Shown: positions 47,774 to 56,289 of the stretch, piece by piece
Layout of the letters: each line of letters starts with the position of its first letter
Position numbering within the stretch: position 1 is the first letter of the stretch
Source: a bacterium
GTDB taxonomy: Bacteria > UBA8248
DNA: 64,000 bases
Assembly (NCBI GenBank): GCA_963692865.2
Contig: OY843592.1
Location: 1,773,690-1,837,689 of the forward strand
Reading direction: 5' to 3'
Translations under genes and position numbers: made by a program
The notes under the pieces: model-generated
The model's input: the letters and a program-made list of their open reading frames with translations, nothing else
Database searches by the model: none
Told to the model about the DNA's origin: nothing

Positions 47774-49414
47774 ATGCAAAACCTCTCCTGCGACGTTTTG
47801 ATCCTCGGCGGCGGCCCCGCCGCCATGACGGCCGCCGTCGCCGCCATGGAGAGCGGCGCGGACGCGCTTCTGGTCTGCAAGCAGTCCCCTGGGAACTCGG
47901 GCAACATCGTCATGGCCCGGGCGGGGCATTCGGCGAATTTCGCGCCCGACGACAGCGCGGCGCTGTTCCTGGAGGACACCCTGGTGGGCGGCGCGTACTT
48001 GAACCACCCCGACGTCGCCCGCGCCATGTGCGCGGATTCCGCCGCGCGGATTCGGGACCTCTACGACTGGGGCATCCCGTTCATCACGCGCGAGGACGGC
48101 TCGTTCGACTTACACCCCCAGGGCGGCCACGCGCGGGACCGCGGGGTCTACCCGGTCCGGAACTGGGGCGTGGAGGTGGCGAGGCCGCTGCGCAAAAAGC
48201 TCGACGCCGACGGCGCCCGCATCCTCGAGAACGTCATGGCCGTCGATCTGCTCGTGGAGGACGGCGTCTGCCGGGGCGCGGTCGGCTTCCACACGAGGAG
48301 CGGGGAGATTTACGCCGTATCCGCCCCCGCCACCATCCTGGCCACGGGCGGGGCGGGGCAGATATACGCCGAGAACACGAACGCGGGCGGCATCACGGGA
48401 GACGCCTTCGGCATGGCGCTCAGGGCCGGCCTGGCGCTCTCGGACATGGAGTTCGTCCAGTTCTACCCGGCCGTCATCAAGCGCCCGGAGAGCAACATGG
48501 TCGTCGCGCCGACGCTGTTCCCGCTCGGGGCGCGCTTCCTGAACCGCGACGGCGAGGACGTCCTGCGCGGCGTGCCCGGCGGCGGCGCGGCCACGCGGGA
48601 CCTGATGGCGCGGGCGGTATATCTCGAACTCATGCGCGGCGGCGGGGTGGACGGCGCCGTGCGGATGGATTTATCGGGCATCCCGATGGCCGATCTGGAG
48701 CATTTCGCGCCCGACAACCTCAAACTCTTCGCCAGAAGGGGCGTTTCGCCCCACGGGAGCGATATCTACGTCGCGCCGAAGGCGCACTTCTTCATGGGCG
48801 GGGTTCCCATCGACGGGGCGGGCGCGACGGCCATGCCGGGCCTCTACGCGGCGGGGGAGGCGAGCGCGGGCGCGCACGGGGCGAACCGCCTCTCGAACAA
48901 CGCCTTCACCGAGGCGCACGCGCTGGGCCGGCGGGCGGCGGAGGCGGCGAGCGAATGCGCGAGGAGCGCCGGCGGCGCGGCGGCGGGTCCCGCCCTCGCG
49001 CGGCGTCACGCGGACGCCCTCGCGGCGCGGGCGGGCCGGACGGGCCGCGCCGTGGAGGCGGCCCGCGGGATCAAGCGCATCTGCTGGGAGAACGCGGGCG
49101 TCGTGCGCGAAGAAGCCTTGCTGGAGGAGGCGAGGGGCGAACTCGCCGAGGTCGGGCGGGATCTCGCCGCCTGCGGGGGGAGCGAACCCGCGCGGCTGGT
49201 GGAGGCCGTGGAGGCCGAGAACATGTGCCTGAGCGCGCGGGCGGTGGTGGAGGCCGCGCTGGCGCGGACGGAGAGCCGCGGCGCGCATTTTCGGACCGAT
49301 TTTCCCGAGACCGACGAGGCGCGCTGGCGGGTGAACGTTTTCGTCAAAAAAGAGGCGGACGCCTTTTCGGCGCGATCCCGCCCAATAGGCTCCATTTTGT
49401 GGGAAAACGACTGA
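47774..49414 (+). CDS. FAD-binding flavoprotein (succinate dehydrogenase/fumarate reductase / L-aspartate oxidase-like)
   Basis: Dinucleotide fold DVLILGGGPAAMTAAVAA. ..GEASAGAHGANRLSNNAFTEA.. is typical of the SdhA/FrdA/NadB family. Confidence 0.75.
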   Translation: MQNLSCDVLILGGGPAAMTAAVAAMESGADALLVCKQSPGNSGNIVMARAGHSANFAPDDSAALFLEDTLVGGAYLNHPDVARAMCADSAARIRDLYDWGIPFITREDGSFDLHPQGGHARDRGVYPVRNWGVEVARPLRKKLDADGARILENVMAVDLLVEDGVCRGAVGFHTRSGEIYAVSAPATILATGGAGQIYAENTNAGGITGDAFGMALRAGLALSDMEFVQFYPAVIKRPESNMVVAPTLFPLGARFLNRDGEDVLRGVPGGGAATRDLMARAVYLELMRGGGVDGAVRMDLSGIPMADLEHFAPDNLKLFARRGVSPHGSDIYVAPKAHFFMGGVPIDGAGATAMPGLYAAGEASAGAHGANRLSNNAFTEAHALGRRAAEAASECARSAGGAAAGPALARRHADALAARAGRTGRAVEAARGIKRICWENAGVVREEALLEEARGELAEVGRDLAACGGSEPARLVEAVEAENMCLSARAVVEAALARTESRGAHFRTDFPETDEARWRVNVFVKKEADAFSARSRPIGSILWEND

Positions 49415-49559
49415 ACGCATTTATTTTCAGTTACTTGGCCTTGAGAAATTTATTTTTATTTATCCAATTTTATCCGAATTTATCTTATTTTACGGAAATT
49501 CGCCCGTTTTTCGGAAACGGACGGCCCACGGTATCGCGGAGCGATCCTGCCACGCGCCG

Positions 49560-49800
49560 GAACCCCCGCCATGACGCGAAATGCGGGGAAATGCGCGGCG
49601 GGACGGGCGCGGAGGCCCGAGCAGGCCAGGGGCCCGTCCGGCTGCGCATGCCGTTTGGTTGTTCCGATTGCAGGGGCCGCATGGTATGCGGCCCCTGCGA
49701 CCCCTGCAAAGAAGCGCCCGTTTCTCCGCCGGGCAGGGCCGTTCGCGAATGGTGGGGCGGTCCCGAGGAGGGATTGCCCCTGCGAAACCATATTCCCTGG
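49560..49800. repeat. REP-like hairpin cluster
   Basis: Contains GGGGCCGCATGGTATGCGGCCCCTGC and the GAAGCGCCCGTTTCTCCGCCGGGCAGGGCCGTTCGCGAA module. The latter is also seen at about 55530-55580 and about 56470-56520. Confidence 0.65.
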
Positions 49801-50087
49801 ATCTCGGGATGAGGCGGGATTTCGCGGCAGGGAGGGGCCTCCGCGATTGCGTTCTCAGGGCCGCGTTCGACGCAGCTCTCGATGCGCTGAAGGCCGGGAA
49901 GCCGGAAAGTCCGTCGTTGCCGGAATGAAAGGCGGGGAAACGAATCAAATCAAGGCGAATGTCGTCAAAACGGCCGAGGAGGAAACCTTGCGGGGATTCA
50001 TTCGGGAAAACGCGGAACATGGCGCAAGGGTTTCAGGTGTCGCGCCTTTCAGGTCTTTTTGCGGATCAGGCATTCCGGGCCTTGGCG

Positions 50088-50285
50088 TCAATTCGACCTC
50101 TCGAGTATTTTCCCCAATGCCAAATTCGCTTTTTCAAGACCTTTGACGGATTCGCGCAGGGCGTTCAATATTTCCTCTCCCGCTTCCGCTCTTTTATTGT
50201 TCGCCTGCACCATTTTCCAGATGCCGATACTGACGGCGACAGGCATCAAGAGCTGCCCTATCGGAATCGGATCGAATTTTATCAT
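50088..50285 (-). CDS. small hypothetical protein (one hydrophobic segment plus helical tail)
   Basis: 65-aa ORF in a visibly lower-GC patch. The boundary of IS copy 2 lies 9 bp upstream of its ATG. Confidence 0.35.
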   Translation of the reverse strand: MIKFDPIPIGQLLMPVAVSIGIWKMVQANNKRAEAGEEILNALRESVKGLEKANLALGKILERSN

Positions 50286-50294
50286 TTGTATCGA

Positions 50295-51767
50295 CCTTCT
50301 CTAATCGGGTAGGGCAAGTCAAGTTCCTCTCCCCTGGTTCTGTCAGACCTGTTCCGCCTTTGGCTGCAGATGACGCTCCATGGGGGTCTCGCTTCTCTTC
50401 GTGATCGACTCCCGAGCCGGGGGCCGTCAACAGGATGGGATCGGAGAACGAAGTGGAACAATCTTTCCTGCGCCCTCGCATCGTCACCGACGCAGCGGGG
50501 CTAGGCCGACAGCGTACTCACTTCGTCCCTCGTCCCCACGGGAGCATCCCCCGCCGAGGCGGAAGCTACAGGGTTTGTCTGTGGTCCTCCTTCTTCAGTG
50601 TCTCGACCTCAGGCAGCCGAAGCATCCGCGCCGTCGCGCTTCCAGCGGAACTCACTGCCATCCATCCACATGCGGTGCATGATGACGCCGAGCCGGCGGG
50701 CGAGCGCAACCTTCGCGCGCGACTTGCCGCGACGCTTCGCCACACCCATCGCCCAGGCTTTCAGCCATGACCACCGCGTCGTGCGCCCGAGCAAGACGTT
50801 GGCGGCTTCGTAGAGCGCCGCGCGCATCATCGCGTCGCCGCATTTGGAGATGCTTCCCGTGCGGTCGACCTCTCCGGATTGCCATTTGCGAGGCACAAGC
50901 CCGAAGTGCGCGCCCACCGAGCGCGAGCGCGCAAAACGCGATGGCACGTCGACGCTCGCCCGGAAGGTGAGCGCCGTCACCGGACCCACGCCGGGAACCG
51001 TCATCAGGCGCCGGCAGACCGGATCGGCTCGCGCCGCCTCCAGCATCATCCTGTGCAGCCGGACGTATTCCGCCAGCAGCGCAGAGCGAGCCCGCAGCAT
51101 CGGCGCCACCAGGCGCGCCAACTCCGGGCGCTCCGCGACCAGACACCCTACACGCGCCTCCAAACCGCGACGGGTGACCTTGCCCATCTTCAGCCCGAAG
51201 TTGCGCAGCGTGCCCCGGATGTGGGCCTCGGCGTCGCACAACTGCTTCAGCATGAACCTGCGGTTGGCGAGGAGCATGCGTTTTTCCTGGCTCGACACCG
51301 TCTTCACGTGCACCGGGCGAATCAGGTTCGCGCGAACCAACTGGGCGATGCCGCGCGCGTCGTCGCGGTCGCTCTTGTTCACCGTCGCCGAGAGCACCGC
51401 CTTCAGTTGCCGCGTCTCGGCGCAAACCACCGGGAACCCGGCCTCGGCCAGACCGTCATGGAGCCACTGTGACAGCGGCCCCGCCTCCAGGCAGATGCGC
51501 GTTACGCCGAAGGCCAGTCCGGTGAAGAACGCCACGAGGGCCGCGGGTTCGCTCGCGACCTTCGCCTCCCGGACGATCCCGCCCTCCGCGTCCACCACGC
51601 ACACACTCGTCCACTCCAACGACACGTCGAGTCCTGCAAAGTAGTTCATGACTGCTCCTCCTGCGGGCGCGTAGAGACCGGACCATCCCGGCCTCGCCTC
51701 GAATCATAAGGCAGAGGAACATCCGCCACACGCGGTAGTTCGCAGACCAACCCGATTACCCCATCTT
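50295..51767 (-). mobile_element. IS110-family insertion sequence, copy 2 (identical to 6486-7958)
   Basis: Exact identity over 1473 bp, including all nested ORFs in the track. Same orientation as copy 1. Confidence 0.9.
50609..51649 (-). CDS. IS110 family transposase (copy 2)
   Basis: The 346-aa translation is identical to that of 6800-7840. Confidence 0.9.
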   Translation of the reverse strand: MNYFAGLDVSLEWTSVCVVDAEGGIVREAKVASEPAALVAFFTGLAFGVTRICLEAGPLSQWLHDGLAEAGFPVVCAETRQLKAVLSATVNKSDRDDARGIAQLVRANLIRPVHVKTVSSQEKRMLLANRRFMLKQLCDAEAHIRGTLRNFGLKMGKVTRRGLEARVGCLVAERPELARLVAPMLRARSALLAEYVRLHRMMLEAARADPVCRRLMTVPGVGPVTALTFRASVDVPSRFARSRSVGAHFGLVPRKWQSGEVDRTGSISKCGDAMMRAALYEAANVLLGRTTRWSWLKAWAMGVAKRRGKSRAKVALARRLGVIMHRMWMDGSEFRWKRDGADASAA

Positions 51768-51893
51768 CCCTTTCGGTTCTTTTTTCTCTCAAGAATTGTT
51801 TCAATAATAAAACGTTTTGTCAATAAATCCGGCAATCCGGCGCCGCCGGCCATTCTTCATCATTCCCTTTTCAACAACCCCGGATGCGGCGGC

Positions 51894-53606
51894 CTACGCC
51901 CCCTCCGCGATTGCGCTCGCGGCGTCGAGGCCGGCGACGACGCGGTTCTTCTCGCGCACGACCCGCGTGTATATGACTCTGCCCGCGTCGCTCCCGGGGC
52001 CGCGTTCCACGAGATTCTCGATGCACCGGAGGCCGGGAAGCCGGAACGCGCCGCTCGCCGGGTCGTGGTCGAACGGCCCCGCCAGCGTGTAGAGCGCGGG
52101 GTTCACCGCGTGGCTCATGTCGAGCAGCGCGCGGCCCGCGCGGGCGGCGTCGATGCCGGCGAGCCTCGCGTTCAGCGCCGCGCAGGCTTTGGCGAAGCGC
52201 GCCCCCGCCTCGCTGAGATCGCCCAGGTCCACCGCGTCGCCGCCCAGTGATTCGAGCCGCTCTATCTCCTCGTTCACGACGGCGGCGGTCGCGGCGTGGT
52301 TCAGGGGGATTCGCTCCAGGGCGCAAAGCTCGTGGAGCGCGCCCGCGTAGAGGCGGCAGTGTTCGGCGAGCAAGTCCTTGTCCATCTTGTCGAGCGTGTC
52401 GTCGGGGTGGTGCCAGTACTCGGGAAAGCCGCTCTCGGGGTGGTCCTTCCGGAGGTCGGGGTGGCCGGGCGGGAGGACGGGCAGGAAGGAGAACGAGGGA
52501 ACCCCCACCCCCCACAGCGACTGGTCGGCCATCTTGCGGGGGTGGTCGGGCCGCGTATCCTGGCCGCCGATGCGCGCGACGGCGTCCCGCACCCAGTCGC
52601 GGACGTCCGCCGTGGAGAAGGGGCGGTAGAGCGTCGCGCCCTTACAGCCCGGCTGGTCGATGTTGAGATACGCCGCGCAGTTCCGGCGCAGTTCGCGGAA
52701 GGCGTGGTCCGCGTACCAGGTGGAGCCGGAGAAGCGCCCGTGCGAGTGGCCGTTCCACCAGGCGACCTTGAGGCCGCGCCTGAGTTCGCCCCGCATCTCG
52801 TGCGCGATCCGCGCGAGCTCCATGAGCGCCGCGTCGCCCGCCGCGTTGTCGTTGGCCCCGACGTGCCAGGAGTCGATGTGCCCGCCGGCGAGGACGTACT
52901 CCTCGCTGCCGCTGCCGGGCGCGATGCTCGCCACGGGCATGAGCGTCTCGCGCCAGGCGGTGTCCGTCTCGGCGAAGACGCGGAGATTCACCTCTTCTCT
53001 CCTTTTCAGGCGCTCCAGCAGCCCCGCGCCCTGTTCGCGCGACAAGGTGACGACGGGCGTCTTCGGCAGCCGCGCGATGCTTTCGGGCGTCGGCGCGCCC
53101 CAGATGGTGGAGACGGTGAGTTCGTGCGCGTTGCCTTTATTGACGTAGACCTGCGCGACCGCCCCGCGCCGCTCGAAGTGATGGAAGCGCCCGGGGCTCA
53201 GCATCCCCTCCGCCACGACGACGCGCCCCGCGACGGGGAGTTCCCCCGACGGCCCCGTATAGAAAGGATCGGTGAAGGGCGTATCGGGCGCGCCGGCCTC
53301 GCCTGTATAAACGGCCTGGCCCCTCGCGCCGGCCTCCCCCGCGGAGGCGCCGAAGACGGCCGTGATGGCGGGAATGCGCTCCTCCTCCCCGCCCGCTCCC
53401 GTGACGACCAGCGCCGCCGCGCCGGGTATGCTGATGAGCGATTCGAACGCGTGGACTTCCACGTCGATCCCGAGCGCGGCGAGCTCCGCCTCGACGTAGC
53501 GCACGGCCTCGTTCTCGCCCTCAGAGCCGGTGTAGCGCTCCCACCGGTAGATGCCCTCCAAATTTCGCCACAGGGAATCGGCGTTCACTTTCTCGCGAGC
53601 GGACAT
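51894..53606 (-). CDS. M28-family metallopeptidase with PA-type insert
   Basis: 570 aa. ..VLAGGHIDSWHVGANDNAAGDAALMELAR.. and ..WWNGHSHGRFSGSTWY.. are M28 zinc-ligand regions. Confidence 0.75.
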   Translation of the reverse strand: MSAREKVNADSLWRNLEGIYRWERYTGSEGENEAVRYVEAELAALGIDVEVHAFESLISIPGAAALVVTGAGGEEERIPAITAVFGASAGEAGARGQAVYTGEAGAPDTPFTDPFYTGPSGELPVAGRVVVAEGMLSPGRFHHFERRGAVAQVYVNKGNAHELTVSTIWGAPTPESIARLPKTPVVTLSREQGAGLLERLKRREEVNLRVFAETDTAWRETLMPVASIAPGSGSEEYVLAGGHIDSWHVGANDNAAGDAALMELARIAHEMRGELRRGLKVAWWNGHSHGRFSGSTWYADHAFRELRRNCAAYLNIDQPGCKGATLYRPFSTADVRDWVRDAVARIGGQDTRPDHPRKMADQSLWGVGVPSFSFLPVLPPGHPDLRKDHPESGFPEYWHHPDDTLDKMDKDLLAEHCRLYAGALHELCALERIPLNHAATAAVVNEEIERLESLGGDAVDLGDLSEAGARFAKACAALNARLAGIDAARAGRALLDMSHAVNPALYTLAGPFDHDPASGAFRLPGLRCIENLVERGPGSDAGRVIYTRVVREKNRVVAGLDAASAIAEGA

Positions 53607-53639
53607 GGCGTCTCCATATAAAAAGGCGCGCGGCGCGCG

Positions 53640-54370
53640 CGGGGTATATTCACTCCCCTCTTGGGGGGTGTTGTTGAAAAACCTATCCCTCTCGCATCAA
53701 CCACGTTTTACCCGTAGGTCGGACATATATGTCCGACATAGTATGCGGCCCCTACAAAACCATCGCGCGGGCCGCAGGATCGTTGGAAAAGTCCTCCTCG
53801 CGCGGATTGACCACCGCCGCGCGCGGCGTATGTTCACTCCCCCCTTGGGGGGGTAATCTCGTAACACGCGAGATATGCAATCACTCCCCCCTTGAGGGGG
53901 AGTAGCAGAAGCCGAGCGGTTTGTGCGAAGGCTGATGCGTGGGGGGACAAACGCGAGTGAGGAACGAGCGTTTGCATAAGCCATTGAGAAACACATCTGC
54001 TCGCAATTTCTCGCTCATCGCTCGAAATTGACCCCCCACCGGTTCGGTTTCGGGAAAAACCCCCTCACCTCACCGTCGGTCTTCCCCGAGGGAGACCGAC
54101 CCTCAAGGGGGGAGTGGTTCTTCTTTCTCGTCTGTCGGTCACATTCGCCGAATCGCGAAATCAAGTTTCGAAAACCCCATTCTAGTACACCGTCGGCGGA
54201 AAACCGAGCGCGGCCGGGCGTTGCGGGCGGCGGCGCTTCGGGGGAGAATCACCGAAACGGATTCCCGTCCATCCGGGGCTGTTGAAAAACCCCTCGTCGG
54301 GGGCGTCGCCTTTACCCCCTTGTCGGGGGGGGGGGGGCTTTTTCAACAAAACCCATCCGGGGGAACGCTC
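53640..54370. repeat. REP-like hairpin cluster
   Basis: Contains TTGTTGAAAAACC..CTCTCGCATCAACCACGTTTTACCCG plus the palindrome GTCGGACATATATGTCCGAC (53718-53737). It also has CACTCCCCCCTTG(A)GGGGG modules. The hairpin GTCGGTCTTCCCCGAGGGAGACCGAC (54075-54100) and a G13 tract (54325-54337) are present too. Confidence 0.75.
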
Positions 54371-54374
54371 ACTC

Positions 54375-54782
54375 ATGTGGCGGAAGATATCCAGGCCGTT
54401 CTTCCTGACGCTCGGCTGCGTCTGTCTGGCCCTGGGCTTCATCGGCCTGCTGCTGCCCGTCCTGCCGACGACGCCCTTCATCCTGCTGGCGGCGTTCGCC
54501 TTCTCGAAGAGCTCGGAGCGGCTCCACGCCTGGCTGCTGAATCACAAACTCTACGGGCCGCTCATCACCAACTGGCAGCGCCACGGCGTCATCCGCCCCC
54601 GGGCGAAGTGGACTTCGGTCTCGCTCATCGCCGTGCTCGCGGGGCCATCGATCTACCTCCTGAGCGCGCCGGCATACGCGAAGATTCTGCTCGCCGCCGT
54701 CTGCGCGTGCGTGGTCTGCTTCATCGTTACCAGGCCGGGGGCGATTCCGGGGGAGGGGGGAGATCCCCAAAATCGAACGTAG
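54375..54782 (+). CDS. DUF454 (YbaN-family) inner-membrane protein
   Basis: In-frame ATG at 54375. ..LGFIGLLLPVLPTTPFILLAAFAFSKSSERLHAWLLNHKLYGPLI..W.. is the YbaN signature. Confidence 0.75.
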   Translation: MWRKISRPFFLTLGCVCLALGFIGLLLPVLPTTPFILLAAFAFSKSSERLHAWLLNHKLYGPLITNWQRHGVIRPRAKWTSVSLIAVLAGPSIYLLSAPAYAKILLAAVCACVVCFIVTRPGAIPGEGGDPQNRT

Positions 54783-55030
54783 GCGTCGTAGGGACAGGCC
54801 TCCGTGCCTGTCCTGCCCTCCGTGGTTGTCCTTTTTCGGACAGGCACGGAGGCCTGTCCCTACAGTCGTCATTCGGAGCGTAGGGGTCGCATAGTATGCG
54901 ACCCGCATATCGAACGGGGAGGGCCGCATGATATGTCGGACATATATGTCCGACCTACACCGACACCCGAACGGCGCCTGTCCTGATTTCAACCATCCTG
55001 CAAAAGGACAACCACGGAGGGTTGTCCCTA
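54783..55030. repeat. REP-like hairpin cluster
   Basis: Contains GTAGGGACAGGCCTCCGTGCCTGTCC and its inverted partner GGACAGGCACGGAGGCCTGTCCCTACA. It also has GGGTCGCATAGTATGCGACCC and GGGCCGCATGATATG fused to GTCGGACATATATGTCCGAC (54935-54954). GGACAACCACGGAGGGTTGTCCCTACA is present as well. Confidence 0.75.
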
Positions 55031-55085
55031 CATTTCGTTTCGCATGAACCTGTCCAGCCACCCGCCCTATATAAAGGAGAAACCC

Positions 55086-55475
55086 ATGAACGAGGAACGC
55101 TACGAGCGCGGGCTCGCCGTCCGCAAATCACTCGGCATCTACGGGGAGGACGGCCTCGCGGGCGCGTTCACCGAGTTGAACGAACTCGCGCCGACGCACG
55201 CGCGCGCCATCGTGGAGTACGTCTTCGGCGAGTGCTGGAGCCAGCCCCTGCTCGACAACCGGACGCGCGAGATGATGATCGTCGCCGCCGCCGCCGCCCA
55301 GGACCTCACAGGCGAGGTGGAGATCCACTCACGCGGCCTGCTGAACCAGGGGCTGAGTCCCGAGGAACTCGTCGAGGGCGTCGTCTCGCTCTGCCCCTAC
55401 ATCGGCTTCCCGAAGACGAACCACGCTCTCGCCGCCGCCAAGCGCGCGATCGGGCAACACGCGGCGGGAGCGTAG
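55086..55475 (+). CDS. carboxymuconolactone decarboxylase family protein
   Basis: ATG at 55086, 8 nt after GGAG. The layout ..FGECWSQPLLDNRTREMMIVAAAAAQD.. plus ..LCPYIGFPKTNHAL.. is typical of CMD (gamma-CMD-like). Confidence 0.7.
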   Translation: MNEERYERGLAVRKSLGIYGEDGLAGAFTELNELAPTHARAIVEYVFGECWSQPLLDNRTREMMIVAAAAAQDLTGEVEIHSRGLLNQGLSPEELVEGVVSLCPYIGFPKTNHALAAAKRAIGQHAAGA

Positions 55476-55668
55476 GCGGGCGGGCCGCGTCGTCATTCGA
55501 GGGGGTTCGTGGGGGCAATCCCTCCCCGGGACCGCCCCGCCGTTCGCGAACGGCCCTGCCCGGCGGAGAAACGGGCGCTCCCTTGCAGGGGTCGCAGGGG
55601 CCGCATGATATGTCGGACGCATATGTCCGACCTGCGGGTGAGGCGATGGCTTTGTCGAGGGGTCGTCC

Positions 55669-56241
55669 CTACGGGTCCCGCGCGGGCGGCGCGGCGGTGC
55701 GGCGGATGAGCTCCCGGAGCGCCTCGCGCTGGGCGCTCTGCTCCTCGCGCTGGCTTTCCTGGGCCTTGCTCTGGGCGTTCAGCGCCGCCATGGTTGCTTC
55801 GTGGGCCGCCATCGTTTCTTCGTGGGCCGCCATGGTTGCTTCGTGGGCCGCCATGGCTTCGCGGTGCCGTTCGCTCTGCTCCTCGCGCTCGGCTCTGAGC
55901 GCGGCCATGGTTTCTTCGTGGGCCGCCATGGTTTCTTCGTGCGCGGCCATGGTTTCCTCGTGGGCGGCCATGGCTTCGCGGTGTCGGCCCTCCATCGCCG
56001 CCATGGTTTTTTCATGGGCGGCCATGGTCTCGCGGTGCAGGTTGTCGCGGTGGATCGCGGCGCGGCGCATCATGTAGAGGCCGTAGGCGATCAGGGCGCA
56101 TTGCGCGGCCCCGACCAGGGCGGCGACCCACACGGCGGCCCGCTGGACGGCGAGGGCGGCCTGCTGCGCCGCGAGAGCGGCTTCCTGCAGGGTGAGGCTT
56201 GACTGCTGCACGGCGAGGCTTGCGGCTTCGTATTCCGTCAT
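55669..56241 (-). CDS. single-TM protein with tandem heptad (ETMAAHE) repeats
   Basis: ATG at 56241 with GGAG upstream. It has a TM helix AAVWVAALVGAAQCALIAYGLYMM. Then come about 10 copies of a 21-bp unit (GCCGCCATGGTTTCTTCGTGG on the + strand) in two blocks at about 55785-55865 and about 55902-56030. Confidence 0.6.
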   Translation of the reverse strand: MTEYEAASLAVQQSSLTLQEAALAAQQAALAVQRAAVWVAALVGAAQCALIAYGLYMMRRAAIHRDNLHRETMAAHEKTMAAMEGRHREAMAAHEETMAAHEETMAAHEETMAALRAEREEQSERHREAMAAHEATMAAHEETMAAHEATMAALNAQSKAQESQREEQSAQREALRELIRRTAAPPARDP

Positions 56242-56289
56242 TTCGTTTTCTCCTGCTACGGCGCGCATCCTCGTGGAGTAGTTCCCCCA

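Noticed and set aside
45392-48007. 871-aa ORF on the minus strand
   Set aside because: It is antisense to the molybdopterin subunit and the flavoprotein genes, which carry clear family motifs. The composition is Arg/His/Gly-rich with no motif.
48028-49812. 594-aa + strand ORF
   Set aside because: It is an alternative frame of the FAD flavoprotein gene and runs on into the repeat cluster. It is almost pure Arg/Gly/Pro, so it is a GC-driven artefact.
55022-56077. 351-aa + strand ORF with its own repeats (MVSSWAAMVSS..)
   Set aside because: It is the antisense reading of the 21-bp tandem repeats. The minus-strand ORF has an SD, a TM helix and a sensible heptad pattern, while the + ORF starts inside a REP cluster.
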